From a virus (lineage: Duplodnaviria; Caudoviricetes): 40,402 bases of DNA. The stretch spans positions 1 through 40,402 of IMG/VR virus record IMGVR_UViG_3300017648_000007. One strand, given 5' to 3'. Made by a program: the position numbers and the translations under genes. The notes under the pieces are model-generated. The model did not search any database. It was not told the origin of the DNA and was given only the letters and a program-made list of their open reading frames with translations. Of the stretch, positions 14,703-24,533 are shown in pieces (the stretch's first letter is position 1; every line of letters begins with the position of its first letter).

Positions 14703-15376
14703 CAACAAGCTACCGCGAAGAAATCATTGGCGATTGCCGTCTTATTCTCGGGGATTGCCGTGAAATCCTGCCAACGCTTGGCAAGGTCGATGCTGTCGTG
14801 ACCGATCCGCCGTATGGGCTGGCCCAAAAGCTACAAGGTGGAACATGGGGCAAAAAGTTTGCGGGGGCTGATTATGACTGGGACGCGCGGCCACCTGTGT
14901 TGGACTGGATAGGTCAAACTCCTGCGATTGTATGGGGCGGCAATTACATGGCCCTGCCGCCTTCAAGATGCTGGCTGACTTGGTATAAGCGCGATGCAGT
15001 GCCAACAATGGCTGATTGTGAACATGCGTGGACGAATTTCGATGCGAACGCTCGCCTGTTTGATTGGACCATTGCAGCAACAAACGCCGAGCGCGTAGCC
15101 CACCCCACGCAAAAGCCCATCGCCCTGATGCAATGGTGTCTCGGTTTCCTCCCCGACGCCAACACTATCCTCGATCCCTTCATGGGTTCTGGCACCACTG
15201 GTGTTGCCTGCGTGAAGCTGGGCCGGAAGTTCATCGGCATTGAGATCGAGCCCAAGTATTTCGACATCGCTTGCAAGCGTATCGAGGCCGCCTATGCGCA
15301 GCCCGATATGTTCGTTGAGCGTCCCAAGGAAAAGCCTGTTCAGCTCAATCTTGCGGAGGTGGTCAATGGTCAGTGA
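14699..15376 (+). CDS. DNA amino-methyltransferase (N6A/N4C, beta class)
   Basis: VVTDPPYG, HPTQKP, DPFMGSGTTG. Confidence 0.93.
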   Translation: MTTSYREEIIGDCRLILGDCREILPTLGKVDAVVTDPPYGLAQKLQGGTWGKKFAGADYDWDARPPVLDWIGQTPAIVWGGNYMALPPSRCWLTWYKRDAVPTMADCEHAWTNFDANARLFDWTIAATNAERVAHPTQKPIALMQWCLGFLPDANTILDPFMGSGTTGVACVKLGRKFIGIEIEPKYFDIACKRIEAAYAQPDMFVERPKEKPVQLNLAEVVNGQ

Positions 15377-15779
15377 GGTCACGATTACAGCACACAAAGA
15401 CGACACCGCAAAGGTGAGCCGCCCCGGCCTGATTGCCTGGGAGATGATCGACGGCATGGGGAAGGTGCTGGCCTTCGGTGCGAGGAAGTACGCGGCAGGA
15501 AATTGGGCGCTCGGCATGGATTGGTCGCGCCCTTGGGATGCGCTGCATCGGCACCTGAACGCGTGGGCCAGCGGCGAGCGCCATGATCGCGAGACGGGCT
15601 ACAGCCACCTATGGCACGCCGCCTGCTGCCTGATGTTCCTGATTGCGTATGAGGCCCGCGGCATTGGGCGAGACGATTTGCACGAGGCGGGTGTGTGCGG
15701 AAAGCCGAAAGCCCAAAAATCCGAAAACGCACACAGAGCGTCACACAGCGGCGTTTTAACCATTCCGGCTGCTGAGTAG
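15366..15779 (+). CDS. DUF5664 / dATP-dGTP diphosphohydrolase-domain protein
   Basis: KVLAFGARKYAAGNW...ALHRHL...DRETGYSHLWHAACCLMFL. Confidence 0.8.
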   Translation: MVSEVTITAHKDDTAKVSRPGLIAWEMIDGMGKVLAFGARKYAAGNWALGMDWSRPWDALHRHLNAWASGERHDRETGYSHLWHAACCLMFLIAYEARGIGRDDLHEAGVCGKPKAQKSENAHRASHSGVLTIPAAE

Positions 15780-15853
15780 CGGAAAGGGCACGAAAGGCCG
15801 TCACGGGCCAAATTTGGGCCAGCAAACAGCATTCAGACAGGGGGTCATGAGCA

Positions 15854-16597
15854 ATGGACGGCAAAAAGGTTGCAAGCACTCGAATAGCCGAGATGCGGCG
15901 ACGAGTAATCCGACAGTGCAGTTCAATGGGGATCGACATCGAGCGGATTCCCCACGACGACGGGGCAGTACGGGTGGCTACCAAAGCCCTGAAGCGGCTG
16001 GCATCTCGCATGGCGGCTCGGGAAACGCGCTCACCTACGGCACCTACGCCGGAGCGGCTGCGGCAGGCCGGGGAGCCTCCAATAGTCGATATCGTAGAGC
16101 CAGCCAATGGCCCGATACCCGCCTTGAAACGGCACCGCTTTGATTGGCCCGTAGATCAGGCAATGGATCTGCTGACGGTAGCGGAATACAACGCCGCTGC
16201 CCGCCTGAGGGACGCTTACTACGGGATGCAGCCCCGATCAGCGATCAGTTCCTACGGTGGCGGGGTGGGGGGAGGTGATCCAGCGAGCAAGCTTCCCCTA
16301 GCAGAGCGCCAGGAGGCGGCGGCCCGGGACTTCAACGCCCTATGGGACAGGCTTCCGGCAGAGATCAAGGTGATACTGAAAGCATTTGTGCTGGAAGAAC
16401 CATTATCGGGAGCAGAAAGGGCTCCAACGCCGGCAGAGTTTGGCATGAGCTACGGGCGCTGCAGGGACGCTCGCCGGGCCAAGGGTGTGGCAGACGGTGC
16501 CCTGAAAGCAGCCCTTTCCATGCTGGCCGCCACGGCACAGGAATATGACCAGTGGAAGGCTCAGAAGCGCCGTGAACAGCAAAGGCGGGTGGCATGA
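15854..16597 (+). CDS. Hypothetical protein, DUF6456-like; possible late-gene regulator
   Basis: PTPERL, EYNAAARLRDAY, SSYGGG pattern; late in the early-right operon. Confidence 0.6.
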   Translation: MDGKKVASTRIAEMRRRVIRQCSSMGIDIERIPHDDGAVRVATKALKRLASRMAARETRSPTAPTPERLRQAGEPPIVDIVEPANGPIPALKRHRFDWPVDQAMDLLTVAEYNAAARLRDAYYGMQPRSAISSYGGGVGGGDPASKLPLAERQEAAARDFNALWDRLPAEIKVILKAFVLEEPLSGAERAPTPAEFGMSYGRCRDARRAKGVADGALKAALSMLAATAQEYDQWKAQKRREQQRRVA

Positions 16598-16737
16598 CCT
16601 CGAAACCAGTCACCGGGGTCCGGATCGGGAAGGACGGCAAGCTGCAGATTGTGCATCGCAAGCCGCGAAACGTCTCGGAAGCTATTGCGATGAAAAAATC
16701 AACCAAGGTTCGCGTTGTGCCGAAAGGAAAGCATTGA
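16594..16737 (+). CDS. Small basic hypothetical protein (47 aa)
   Basis: Manual translation [27 protein letters not shown]...; ATGA overlap; ends just before ssb. Confidence 0.55.
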   Translation: MTSKPVTGVRIGKDGKLQIVHRKPRNVSEAIAMKKSTKVRVVPKGKH

Positions 16738-16738
16738 T

Positions 16739-17200
16739 ATGGCCGGTTCAATTAATCGCGTGACCCTTCTTGGGCACCTCGGGCGGGACCCGGAAATCCG
16801 TCGGACACAGGATGGTCGTCCAATAGCCAATCTTCGGGTTGCGACCACAGAGACGTGGCGCGACAAGAACTCAGGCGAGCGCCGTGAAAAGACGGAATGG
16901 CACTCGGTAGTGCTCTTCAACGAGGGCTTGTGCCGGGTGGCGGAGCAGTATCTGCGCAAGGGCTCGAAGATCTACGTCGAGGGCCAGCTGCAAACACGTA
17001 AATGGCAGGACCAGTCCGGGACTGATCGGTATTCAACCGAGATCGTGCTGCAGGGTTTCAACAGCAGCCTGATCATGCTGGATGGGCGGGGCGGTTGGCA
17101 GGATAGCGGTCAGCCTGAGCATGGCGATCAGGCCAGCGCGCCAAAGGCTGCAGCGCCGAGCGAATACGAGCGGCCGTTGGATGACGAGATACCGTTTTAG
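16739..17200 (+). CDS. ssb: Single-stranded DNA-binding protein
   Basis: [19 protein letters not shown]...TEWH...EGQLQTRKW...DDEIPF. Confidence 0.97.
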   Translation: MAGSINRVTLLGHLGRDPEIRRTQDGRPIANLRVATTETWRDKNSGERREKTEWHSVVLFNEGLCRVAEQYLRKGSKIYVEGQLQTRKWQDQSGTDRYSTEIVLQGFNSSLIMLDGRGGWQDSGQPEHGDQASAPKAAAPSEYERPLDDEIPF

Positions 17201-17214
17201 GATCAGCGCGAGGC

Positions 17215-17246
17215 ACAAAGAAGCCCCGTTAGTGGCCGGGCTGTTC
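17215..17246 (-). terminator. Rho-independent terminator
   Basis: Minus strand agcccggccactaacggggct-tctttgt between convergent genes. Confidence 0.55.
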
Positions 17247-17284
17247 GCGCAGCTCCGGCCTTGCTGTATTTGATCGCGGGCGGC

Positions 17285-17470
17285 TTAGGCAAACAGGCTA
17301 TGGACCGCCTTGCGGCCCCAGACGATGACGAGCGCCCCGTACGTGGCGATGGCGGAGGCTCCGATGCTGCCCAGGGTGGTAGGCTGGAAGTTCAGGGCCG
17401 TGACGATGGTTGCGAAGATTGCGGTCCAGAGGGCTGCGGTAGCTGCGATCTTGAGGAAGGTCTTGGTCAT
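17285..17470 (-). CDS. Small two-TM membrane protein (moron)
   Basis: 61 aa, AAGGAG RBS, own promoter and terminator. Confidence 0.75.
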   Translation of the reverse strand: MTKTFLKIAATAALWTAIFATIVTALNFQPTTLGSIGASAIATYGALVIVWGRKAVHSLFA

Positions 17471-17512
17471 TTGGCTTCTCCTTGGTTTGCGTTTCCCGTC
17501 TTTCTGATTATG

Positions 17513-17608
17513 AATCTACACAAAGATTGCGCATCTGTCAATGGGGCAGGCACAAAGATTGTGTAATTTTCTTGCTAAACCCCGGGTTTTTGTGCTAAAG
17601 ATTGCGCA
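17513..17608. promoter_or_regulatory. Divergent promoter region with three 17-bp operators
   Basis: Minus strand TTGACA-17-TAGATT; tacacaaagattgcgca, ggcacaaagattgtgta, gtgctaaagattgcgca. Confidence 0.75.
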
Positions 17609-17844
17609 TGAGCGAAATGACACCAGAAGAATATCGGGAAGCGCTGAAGCGCCACGGGCTGACACAGGTGGGATTTGCCCGAATGCTGGGAGCGAAGTCC
17701 CGCACCGGCCAGTATTGGGCAACGGTTGCGGTTCCGCCTGCAGTGGCGACGATCATTCAACTGTTGGACCGCCTGCCAGCGCTGTTGCCGATCATTGAGC
17801 AGATCGCCAAGGAGCGGGATGGCGCTGCACAGAAACATGGTTAA
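17608..17844 (+). CDS. XRE-type HTH regulator
   Basis: MTPEEYREALKRHGLTQVGFARMLGAKSRTGQYWA...VPPAVA. Confidence 0.8.
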   Translation: MSEMTPEEYREALKRHGLTQVGFARMLGAKSRTGQYWATVAVPPAVATIIQLLDRLPALLPIIEQIAKERDGAAQKHG

Positions 17845-17910
17845 TTTTTGGTTGACTTCATGCCACGCTTATGCGAATCAGTATGTATTGAGCCGCATTG
17901 CGACTCAAAG

Positions 17911-17945
17911 TGGCCCGCGCGAGAAATCGTCAGCGGGCTTTTTCG
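17911..17945 (+). terminator. tR'-like terminator upstream of late genes
   Basis: ggcccgc...gcgggct followed by ttttcg. Confidence 0.55.
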
Positions 17946-18073
17946 TTGTAATCAGCATCTTGCGACCGGCATGCGCCCTCAACAGAAAACAGGCGAACGA
18001 CCGGCAATGTGCTGAGACGCGAATAGGCGAATAGCTCAATCGGCTATTTGAAATAGTAGAGGCAACTATCAAA

Positions 18074-18355
18074 ATGACCGTCAAACCAACAGGGAGAGGC
18101 GGAAAACGTCCGGGGTCAGGTCGCAAGAAAGGCGTGCCAAACAAGATCAACGCTGATCTGAAAGCAATGATCCTCGGAGCGCTGGAGCAAAAGGGCGGGG
18201 TTGAGTACCTGGTTGAACAGGCTTCTGAGAACCCGACAGCGTTCCTCACCTTGGTCGGCAAGGTTCTCCCGATGACCGTGGCTGGCGACAAGGACAACCC
18301 GGTCAGAACGACGATAGAGGTACTATGGGGCGGCACGAGCGAGTCAGGGTCGTAA
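18074..18355 (+). CDS. terS: Terminase small subunit
   Basis: GGKRPGSGRKKGVPNK...GGVEYL...NPTAFLTLVGKVLP; precedes terL. Confidence 0.85.
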   Translation: MTVKPTGRGGKRPGSGRKKGVPNKINADLKAMILGALEQKGGVEYLVEQASENPTAFLTLVGKVLPMTVAGDKDNPVRTTIEVLWGGTSESGS

Positions 18356-19623
18356 TCCCATATACGCCGCGTCCGCAGTTTCTTGCGTACCACAACAGGA
18401 CCGAGCGATGGGCGTGCATTGTCGCACATCGGCGGGCGGGCAAAACGGTAGCCTGCATCAACGACCTGATCAAAGCTGCACTGACCTGCACCAAGCCTAA
18501 CCCACGCTTCGCCTATCTGGCGCCATTCTATGCGCAGGCCAAAGACGTTGCGTGGCAGTACCTCAAACAATTCGCCATGCCGATACCGGGCACGGAGTCG
18601 AACGAGAGCGAGCTGCGGGTGGATTTCCCGAATGGTGCGCGGATCAGGCTGTATGGCGCTGACAACTACGAACGGCTTCGCGGTATCTATCTCGATGGCC
18701 TGATCCTCGACGAATACGCCGACATGGACCCGAACGCATGGTCCGAGGTCATTAGGCCGGCGCTATCGGATCGGCAGGGATGGGCAACCTTCATCGGCAC
18801 GCCAAAGGGCCGAAACGGATTCTACGACATTTGGGCGGGCAACACTGAGACGGGCTGGGTCGGGGCGCTTAATTCCGACGACTGGTTCAGCCTGATGCTC
18901 AAGGCGTCTGAAACCGGCTTTCTCGCTGATGAAGAACTGCGAGACGCCCGTCAGGCCATGACGCCGGAGCAATACGCTCAGGAATACGAGTGCAGCTTTG
19001 ATGCGGCTATCGTCGGCGCCTATTACGGCAGAGACATAGCGGATCTACAGGAGCGCGGGCAGATAACCGCGGTGCCGTTTGATCGCGCCACAACGGTTGA
19101 TACAGCCTGGGATCTTGGTCTGGACGACGCAACCGCAATCTGGTTCTTCCAGACGGTCGGCCGCGAAATCCGTGTCATCGACTACTACGAGGTCAACAAT
19201 CAGGGCCTGGACGAGACAACCCGCGTTGTTCTGTCCAAGCCCTATGTCTACGGCACGCACTACCTGCCGCACGACATCGCGATCCGCGAGCTGATCTCCG
19301 GCACCAGCCGCAAGGAAACACTCGAGGGCCTGGGCCTCAAGAACATCAACGTTGGCGTGAAGTGCAACCCGGTTGAGCGCATCAACGCTACCCGGATGAT
19401 CCTGAGCCGCTGCGTGTTCGATGAGACGCGCACCAAGCGGGGCCTCGAGGTTTTGAAGAATTACCGCCGCGAGTGGGACGACAAGCGGAAAACATTCCGC
19501 GAGCGCCCATTGCACGATTGGTCGAGTCACGGTGCCGACGCCTTCGGAGAGTTTGCAGTGAACTACCGGGCGAAATCCACTAATGTGGCGCGCATTAGGC
19601 AGCGGATTGGGACAGTAGCATGA
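18325..19623 (+). CDS. terL: Terminase large subunit
   Basis: HRRAGKT Walker A, LILDEYA Walker B, IGTPKG, AWDLG, HDWSSHGADAF. Confidence 0.95.
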   Translation: MGRHERVRVVIPYTPRPQFLAYHNRTERWACIVAHRRAGKTVACINDLIKAALTCTKPNPRFAYLAPFYAQAKDVAWQYLKQFAMPIPGTESNESELRVDFPNGARIRLYGADNYERLRGIYLDGLILDEYADMDPNAWSEVIRPALSDRQGWATFIGTPKGRNGFYDIWAGNTETGWVGALNSDDWFSLMLKASETGFLADEELRDARQAMTPEQYAQEYECSFDAAIVGAYYGRDIADLQERGQITAVPFDRATTVDTAWDLGLDDATAIWFFQTVGREIRVIDYYEVNNQGLDETTRVVLSKPYVYGTHYLPHDIAIRELISGTSRKETLEGLGLKNINVGVKCNPVERINATRMILSRCVFDETRTKRGLEVLKNYRREWDDKRKTFRERPLHDWSSHGADAFGEFAVNYRAKSTNVARIRQRIGTVA

Positions 19624-19799
19624 CGAACGATTACACAGTCAATGTTGTTAGCGACCACATCATCGAGGTCGTTTGCGGTGAAGCTAGGCCGATCCGCGTA
19701 ATGTTCACGAGCCTCGACTTGTCCCTCGATGAGAAGAAAGAGCGGGCAGTGGCTGAAGCCAAGCGGCGGCTAGGTCAGGCCGACAACCCAGAGGTCTAG
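19620..19799 (+). CDS. Hypothetical protein (59 aa, not in ORF track)
   Basis: ATGA overlap with the terL stop; MTNDYTVNVVSDHIIEVVCG... Confidence 0.5.
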   Translation: MTNDYTVNVVSDHIIEVVCGEARPIRVMFTSLDLSLDEKKERAVAEAKRRLGQADNPEV

Positions 19800-19923
19800 C
19801 CACTCGGTATCGCTCAGATCAACGCCATACTGCTCCTTGAACTCGTCGATGGTCAGGCTTTCGCGGTGATCACAGCGTCCATAGCGCCCTCCAAATCGGT
19901 TTGAGGCTGGAAGTATAGCACAC

Positions 19924-22104
19924 ATGGATGAGAAATCATTGCTCCGCATCCTCAAACAAGAGGAAGCGGACTCATCGTCGTATTACGACTCCGAGCTGGC
20001 CACGGCGCAGGCCCGCGCGCTGGACCATTATTTCGCGCGCCCCTATGGTGACGAAGCGGAAGGCCGTTCGCGCGTCGTAAGCCATGACGTAGAAGATACA
20101 ATCAACTGGATCATGCCGGACCTGATGCGGTGTTTCGCGTCGTCGGATGATCTTGTTTCCGCCAAGGCGATGGCGCCGGAGGACGACAACCAATACCCCG
20201 GCGCGCCAGACGGCAAGAGCAAGGCTGACATCGTAGCCGCTTACCTGAGCCATATCTATTTCGAGGACAACGCAGGCACGGAAGTTACCTATGACTTCCT
20301 GTTCGACGGCCTGCTTCAGCGCCTCGGCATCATCAGCGTATCGTGGGAGGATCCGGAACCTGAACCGCCAACCCTTGTTGAAGGCGTCGGCGTCGAGCAG
20401 GTACTGCGATACCTGGAAGATCCCGAATACGAAATCCTTGGACACGAAGAACAAGAGGGGCCTGACGGTCCCTCTTATTCGTTGGAGCTTCGCCGCACGC
20501 CAGCAATGGGCCGGGTGCACATCGAGGCCGTTCCGCCGGAAGAATTTCGCATCCACAAAGGGGCCAAGTCGATCGACACGGCCAAATACCACGCCCGCAA
20601 GCGGCTGGCCTACGTGGAGGAATTGGCCCGACAGCATCCCGAACAGGCAGTGGCCCTGCGTGAGCGCAAGCCGGCAGATGGCGAGCCGAGCGATGATGGC
20701 CGCTATCAGGCCCGCTATCCCGATGACAACGTGCACGCTCTGCAGACTGGCGGAGAGGTAGACGAAGGTCGCCGCGAATGCTGGCTGATGGAGGAATATG
20801 TCCGCGTTGACTACGACGGCGACGGCATTGTCGAACTGCGGTTCATCAAGCGCGTTGATGATATCATTCTGCAGAACATCGACGTAACTCATAGCCAGTT
20901 TACCGCTTGGACGCCGAGCCGGGTAGCGCACCGTGTCGTTGGTCGCTCGATCGACGACATGATTGCGGACCTGCAGAAAATCCGCACGGTTATCACGCGC
21001 GCCTATCTGGACGGGCTGCAGCAGACGGTTACGCCGCGCACCTACGTCAACACGCTGGTTATCGATCAGGACGGGCTGGACGCTCTGGCTGATAACCAGA
21101 TCGGCGGCATCATTCCGGGTAAGGGGCCGGTCCGCGATGCGGTTCACGAAACAGTATCGCCGGACGTGTCAGGCCCTTGTCTGCAGGCCTTGGAATACTT
21201 CGACCAGACCAGCCAGGTAGCCTCGGGCGTCACCAAACACGCGCAGGGCATGGACCCGACAGCGCTGAACAAGACTGCCACGGGCATTGATCTGCTACAG
21301 GCGGCAGCCAAGACCCGCGTTGAGATGATTGCCCGTTGGGCCGGTGTCGCGCTGGAAGGCGTTTTCAAGAACATCCTGCGGCTGGTGGTGGCTCATCAAG
21401 ACCGCCCCCGCATGGTCAAGCTGTTCGGTCAGTGGGTGGAACTGGATCCGCGCACATGGTCAGACGAGATGGCCGTGAAGATCGACGTAGGATCGGCCGG
21501 CGTCTCCAAGCAGCAGCGCATTGCGCACCTGATGCAGATCGCGGCCAAGCAGGAGCAGGTCTTGCAGGTGGCAGGGCCTACTCCGCTGGTCACGCTGGAG
21601 CATCTTCGGAACAGCTACGTGTCGATGGCCTCAGACATGGGCTTCCCGGATCCGTCACGGTTCTTCGGTGAAATCCCGCCAGACTGGCAGCCACCAGAGC
21701 CGCAGCCTGATCCCAAGGTGGTTGAGGCACAGGGCCGGCTGCAGCTTGAAGGCCAGAAGATGCAAGCTCAGTTGCAGCTGGAGCAGCAGAAGCAGCAGGC
21801 GGATCAGGAAGCGACAACCCTCAAGTTCGCGTCCGAACGGGAACTGGCGCTCATCAAGGCGGAATCTGAGCGCGAAATCGCTGTGCTCCGCATGACCTCT
21901 GAGGCGCAGCTGGCCCGGGAACGCATGGCTCAGGAGATGCAGTTGGCTCGCGAGCGGGCTGACATGGAAATGGCGCTGGCAGAGCGCGACCTGCGCCTGA
22001 AAGCCGAGATCGGACTGTACACGGCTAAGGCGAAGAGCAGCGGTGACAGCAAGGGCCGGGCGGCACTGTCTTCCCATAGGCCCGGCGGAGACCTCGCAAA
22101 ATGA
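19924..22104 (+). CDS. Portal protein (P22-like, with C-terminal barrel)
   Basis: 726 aa after terL; GRSRVVSHDV, VPPEEF, long Q/E/A-rich coiled-coil tail. Confidence 0.9.
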   Translation: MDEKSLLRILKQEEADSSSYYDSELATAQARALDHYFARPYGDEAEGRSRVVSHDVEDTINWIMPDLMRCFASSDDLVSAKAMAPEDDNQYPGAPDGKSKADIVAAYLSHIYFEDNAGTEVTYDFLFDGLLQRLGIISVSWEDPEPEPPTLVEGVGVEQVLRYLEDPEYEILGHEEQEGPDGPSYSLELRRTPAMGRVHIEAVPPEEFRIHKGAKSIDTAKYHARKRLAYVEELARQHPEQAVALRERKPADGEPSDDGRYQARYPDDNVHALQTGGEVDEGRRECWLMEEYVRVDYDGDGIVELRFIKRVDDIILQNIDVTHSQFTAWTPSRVAHRVVGRSIDDMIADLQKIRTVITRAYLDGLQQTVTPRTYVNTLVIDQDGLDALADNQIGGIIPGKGPVRDAVHETVSPDVSGPCLQALEYFDQTSQVASGVTKHAQGMDPTALNKTATGIDLLQAAAKTRVEMIARWAGVALEGVFKNILRLVVAHQDRPRMVKLFGQWVELDPRTWSDEMAVKIDVGSAGVSKQQRIAHLMQIAAKQEQVLQVAGPTPLVTLEHLRNSYVSMASDMGFPDPSRFFGEIPPDWQPPEPQPDPKVVEAQGRLQLEGQKMQAQLQLEQQKQQADQEATTLKFASERELALIKAESEREIAVLRMTSEAQLARERMAQEMQLARERADMEMALAERDLRLKAEIGLYTAKAKSSGDSKGRAALSSHRPGGDLAK

Positions 22105-22388
22105 CGCCATCACGACCGAGAGAAGAACGCTTAGCCGATCAGGTTGAGCGGGGGATAGCGGCTGAGCGGTTGCTTGGCGATGAGTTGGTCCAGTCGTGGT
22201 TCGCAGCAGAGATGACCCGGATCACAGAGGCGATGATTGGAGCCCCGGTTTCTGACGACCAGACGCGCCGGGATTGCGCGGTGCAGCTGAAGCAGCTCCG
22301 GTCGCTCAAAGCCGAATTGGAAGCAACGGCAGCACAGGGCCGACAGGCAGCGAAGCAACAGGAAAAGGCACAATCGCATGTTTATTGA
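22101..22388 (+). CDS. Hypothetical head-module protein
   Basis: 95 aa between portal and scaffold, coupled. Confidence 0.7.
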   Translation: MTPSRPREERLADQVERGIAAERLLGDELVQSWFAAEMTRITEAMIGAPVSDDQTRRDCAVQLKQLRSLKAELEATAAQGRQAAKQQEKAQSHVY

Positions 22389-23418
22389 ATGGTTTTTGAG
22401 GTCATTCGAGGCTGAGAACGAAGGCGCGACCGGCGGGGGTGCGATCGATGTGCAGGCGCCAGCGGCCTACGACGTTGACAGCGCAGCAGCACGGCTCACC
22501 GAGGTCACACAACAGCAGACCACGCCGCGTGACGAAGGCGGTCGTTTCGCAGCCAAGGAACAGCCGGAAGCCGAATCCGAAGGCGAGCCAGAGAGCAACG
22601 TGGTTGATCTGGCGACGGGTAAAGCGCCAGAAGCACAGGCCGAAGAAGAAGACGACGATCCGGAATTTGAAATTCCAGGTGAGGAAGGCGCAGAGCCTGC
22701 CCGCCTGAAGCTCAGCCAGATCTGGGAAGGCTACGAGGAAGCGCAGAGGCTCAAGACCGAAGTCGAGAAGCTTCGCACGCAGGCCCGTGAGGTTCCAGCC
22801 GAGTACACGCAGGCGCTGCAGGACACCATTCAGGCCCGTGGCCAGTACCTGCAGAACCTTGAGCTTGTCTCGCGTTTCCTGCAGCCGCAGCCGCCGTCTC
22901 AGACGCTCGTTGATCCACGTCACCCGGACTACAACCCCGAGGCCTACCACGCTCAGTTGCAGGCATTCCAGCGGGACTTTGCTGCACTGGAAGCGGTGAA
23001 CAAGGAGCGCGATCAGCTAACCAAGCATCAGCGCGAAGAGTATCAGGCACTCGAAAAAGCTTATCGGGCACGTGAGCAGCAAGCGCTGGAGCGCGTCTGG
23101 CCAGAGTATGCCAAGGACGAAACGAAGGCGAAATTCCGCAGCACGCTCAAAGAGGTCTACGGGTTCACCGATCAGGAAATTGCAGGCATTCTCGACCATC
23201 GGCAGATGCTGGTCATCCGGGATGCAATGAAATTCCGTGAGCTTCAGGCAGCTCAGGAAAAGGCGGTCAAGGTCGTCCGCAGCAAGCCAAAGCTCGTCAA
23301 GGGCGCGGCTCGAAATACGACCGATCCAAAGGCAACGCAACGCACAAACGCCATGGCCCGCTTGCAGGCCACTGGCTCAATGGACGCTGCCGCTGCCGCA
23401 ATCAAGGGTCTGCTCTAA
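22378..23418 (+). CDS. Scaffolding protein
   Basis: Acidic N-terminus, helical, basic C-terminus; precedes the capsid gene. Confidence 0.75.
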   Translation: MFIEWFLRSFEAENEGATGGGAIDVQAPAAYDVDSAAARLTEVTQQQTTPRDEGGRFAAKEQPEAESEGEPESNVVDLATGKAPEAQAEEEDDDPEFEIPGEEGAEPARLKLSQIWEGYEEAQRLKTEVEKLRTQAREVPAEYTQALQDTIQARGQYLQNLELVSRFLQPQPPSQTLVDPRHPDYNPEAYHAQLQAFQRDFAALEAVNKERDQLTKHQREEYQALEKAYRAREQQALERVWPEYAKDETKAKFRSTLKEVYGFTDQEIAGILDHRQMLVIRDAMKFRELQAAQEKAVKVVRSKPKLVKGAARNTTDPKATQRTNAMARLQATGSMDAAAAAIKGLL

Positions 23419-23448
23419 AGGCACCCTACTTCCTCAGGAGGTATCATT

Positions 23449-24462
23449 ATGGCTGTTGCCAGTAATACGGTGCAGACCTTTGCAATGGTCGGCATCCGCG
23501 AAGAACTGTCTGACATCATTACGATGACGGACCCAACCGAAACGCCGTTCTACTCCGGCATTTCCAAGAAGGCCGCCAGGAGCCGCACGCCAGAGTGGCA
23601 GGTGGACTCGCTGAACGATCCGAATCCCGACAACAAAAACATCGAAGGCGACGCGGCGACGAACGATCCGGGCACTCAGCCGGTTCGCATCAAGAACGTT
23701 GTTCAGCTGTTCGACAAGGTTGTCGAGGTGTCCAGCACCGCGCAGGCCGTCGATACTGCCGGCCGTGAGAACGAACTGAGCTACCAACTCGTAAAGCGCG
23801 GCAAGGAACTGAAGCGGGACATCGAAACCCGCATGCTCGGCAACTTCTCGTCCGTGCTGGGTGCGGCAGGAACAGCCGGTGAAATGGCTGGTGTTGAAGC
23901 GTATCTCAAGACCAACGTTAGCCGTGGTGCAGGCGGTGCAAGCGGTGGCTACAACACTGGCACGGGTCTCATCACTCTTGCCACTGACGGTACGCTTCGC
24001 GAGGCTGACGAAGACCAGCTGAAGGACGTTATCGCCCTTGCATGGCAGAACGGCGGCGATCCTTCGACCATCATGGTCAACGGCAAGATGAAGCAGAAAT
24101 ACTCGGGCTTCCCGGGCATTGCCACGCAGTACCGCGACAACCCGGGCAACAAGGCTGCAACGATCATCGCTGCTGCGGACGTGTACAAGTCGGACTTCGG
24201 CCTGCACACCATCGTTCCCAACCGCTGGGTTGGCCGTGGTACGGGCCGCACACCGGGTGACGAGGACAACAACCGCTCGGCTCTGGTCCTTGACATGTCG
24301 TCGTGGTCGGCTCGCTTCCTGCAGCCGATGAAGACGGAGGATCTAGCCAAGCTCGGTCACTCTGACCGCAAGATGATCTCATGCGAGCTTACCCTGGAAT
24401 GCAGCGACGAGAAGAAGAACGGCGTCGTTGCCGACATCCAGGTCGACAAGGTCGGCGGTTAA
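23449..24462 (+). CDS. Major capsid protein (DUF5309/SU10-like)
   Basis: GIREELSDII...PTETPF...EWQVDSL...ELKRDIE...YKSDFG; AGGAGG RBS; followed by a terminator. Confidence 0.92.
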   Translation: MAVASNTVQTFAMVGIREELSDIITMTDPTETPFYSGISKKAARSRTPEWQVDSLNDPNPDNKNIEGDAATNDPGTQPVRIKNVVQLFDKVVEVSSTAQAVDTAGRENELSYQLVKRGKELKRDIETRMLGNFSSVLGAAGTAGEMAGVEAYLKTNVSRGAGGASGGYNTGTGLITLATDGTLREADEDQLKDVIALAWQNGGDPSTIMVNGKMKQKYSGFPGIATQYRDNPGNKAATIIAAADVYKSDFGLHTIVPNRWVGRGTGRTPGDEDNNRSALVLDMSSWSARFLQPMKTEDLAKLGHSDRKMISCELTLECSDEKKNGVVADIQVDKVGG

Positions 24463-24486
24463 ACCAGCGGCACACAACCAAACAGA

Positions 24487-24516
24487 AGGCGGGCGTCACA
24501 ACCCGCCTTTTTTATT
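24487..24516 (+). terminator. Rho-independent terminator
   Basis: aggcgggcgtcacaacccgcct-ttttta. Confidence 0.85.
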
Positions 24517-24533
24517 GGGCAATGGAGGGATGA

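Noticed and set aside
13418-15376. Restriction-modification system (HNH plus MTase)
   Set aside because: Genes are non-adjacent members of an ordinary nin-like region; orphan MTases and HNHs are common there
15366-15779. 2-aminoadenine (Z-genome) pathway
   Set aside because: No PurZ, DatZ or phage polymerase recognisable
19972-21147. 391-aa minus ORF within portal and similar long antisense ORFs in structural genes
   Set aside because: Codon-bias shadows without motifs
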